Positions 62,439 through 64,000 of a stretch of 64,000 nucleotides of DNA are shown here, one piece after another (within the stretch, counting starts at the first letter, position 1; the number at the start of each line of letters is the position of its first letter). The notes below the pieces were generated by a model that worked only from the letters and a program-made list of their open reading frames with translations, made no database searches and was not told where the DNA came from. The DNA is taken from assembly GCF_021028975.2 (NCBI RefSeq), contig NC_059425.1:155682001-155746000 (forward strand), written 5' to 3'. Position numbers and translations under genes: made by a program. Source of the DNA: Sphaerodactylus townsendi (taxonomy: Eukaryota).

Positions 62439-63017
62439 TTAGCCACTTGGAGGACTATTCTACTGCTCATTGAGAAGCATTTGGCAGGCCTCCTCTCCCA
62501 AGTTCTTGCCAAAAAAACCCCCCTCCCAATAATCTAACTGCTAACTTCAGATTCCCATTTTTAGATAACTGTATAAAAGCAATGCCCCCCCTTTTCCTGA
62601 AATACCTCCACATTTATTCTTGACTCTTTGAACAAACAAGGAAATCTACTCTTAAAAATATTTATTGCGCACTCAAAAAAGAGCAAAATTGCTTCTCGTC
62701 TGAAAATAGATTTGTTGTGCGCCCTGGTCCTGTGTATGTTTACTCAGGAGTAAGTCCAGTATCATTTAATGAATATGCTTCCTAGGAACTGTACACAGAA
62801 TTGCAACATCAGCTCTCATAGTGGAAAGTCTGAGACTTCAAAGGTATTCGACACTTATTACCCCTGTCAGCTCAGCAAAATTTTGTTTTGATCTTCAGAT
62901 ATAATGCAGCATATCTATGATGCTCACGTTTGTGAATCTAAGTATAATGCTGCATAGTTGCAAAACATACTGAGGGAAATAACAATTTAAATTAAAAGAG
63001 GTTAAAATAACTATATA

Positions 63018-63926
63018 CCGTATATACTCTCATATAAGTCGACCCGCATATAAGTCGAGGCACCTAATTTTACCACAAAAAACTGGGAAAACTTATTGAC
63101 TCGCGTATAAGTCGAGGGTGGGAAATGCAACAGCTGCTGGTACATTTCAAAAATAAAAATAGATGGCAATAAAATTACATCAATTGAGGCATCAGTAGGT
63201 TAAATGTTTTTGAATATTTATTTCAAAGAAAAACAGTAAACTGGCTCTGTAAGTGGAAAAGAGGGTCAACAAGAACAATATGGTATCAACAATAACTTTA
63301 AAAGTACAAAAACCTTAGCTCAACCAGCAACCAAGCTAAAACACAAGAGTTAAAATCCTCCAAAACTGGATTGCTCATCATCATCTGTATGTCCAAATGT
63401 AACCCAACTTAGATTTTAAGAGGGATATTATCAGAAATGGAAAATCTATTAGCTTCCATTGTAAACAATGGGGGATGGGACATCCCCTTTGGGGGTCAAT
63501 AACTTTGGATCCCCTGACCCAAACTTCACCAAACCTGGCTGGTATCATAAAGAGACTCTCCTGATGAGACCACCCAGGTTTGGTGAAGTTTGGTTCAGAG
63601 GGTCCAACGTTATGGACCCTCAAAAGGGTAGCCCCATCTACTAATAGCTCCCATTGAAAACAATGGGGAATGGGGGCACCTCATTTGGGGGTCCATAACT
63701 TTGGACCCCCTGAACCAAACTTTACCAAACTTGGCTGGTATCATCAGGAGTGTCTTCTGAGGGTACCCTGAAATTGTGGTGCCGCTAGCATAAAAACTGC
63801 GCCCCTTGATGGCCGGCAAAGTAAAAAAACACACAAAAAATTTAATGACCCGCATATAAGTCGAGGGGAGTTTTTTCAGCATTAAAAATGTGCTGAAAAA
63901 TTCGACTTATACATGAGTATATACGG
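63018..63926 (+). mobile_element. Tc/mariner non-autonomous element, same family as 55086
   Basis: TIR ccgtatatactc / gagtatatacgg; TA TSD; shared left ~350 bp. Confidence 0.9.
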
Positions 63927-64000
63927 TACATTTTTCAGGATATCTACCAGTTGTGCATGAAGCCTGCTTGGGTTTTTTAAAAACATTTGGATTTTTTTGC

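Noticed and set aside
50000-64000. PXDN terminal exon on the minus strand (expected from synteny)
   Set aside because: No VWC cysteine pattern found by eye; the CCPK near 61560-61571 lacks the surrounding motif

Overview
Vertebrate (squamate, most likely gecko) genomic scaffold with two N gaps. The only protein-coding gene I can support is the 3' part of thyroid peroxidase (TPO) on the + strand: seven GT-AG exons of 259, 171, 238, 209, 171, 132 and 100 bp. These match human exons 9-15 in size and phase and encode the C-terminal peroxidase domain, CCP/sushi, Ca-binding EGF and transmembrane helix. Earlier exons lie upstream of the window, and the cytoplasmic-tail exon(s) could not be fixed. 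The rest is a dense, often nested transposon landscape: CR1/L1/L2 LINE relics, tRNA-CORE and 5S-derived SINEs, hAT, PIF/Harbinger and Tc/mariner MITEs, Penelope fragments with hammerhead-ribozyme relics, and solo LTRs. I do not see a clear new multi-gene system. The best leads are: (1) an Asn->Asp change at the residue that H-bonds the proximal heme His of TPO, with other changes at conserved sites; (2) a 1.24-kb higher-order, inversion-containing satellite built around telomeric (CCCTAA) hexamers; (3) a near-identical 177-bp duplication bracketing exon 12; and (4) an internally deleted CR1. Human residue numbers and TE family names are from memory and were not database-checked.
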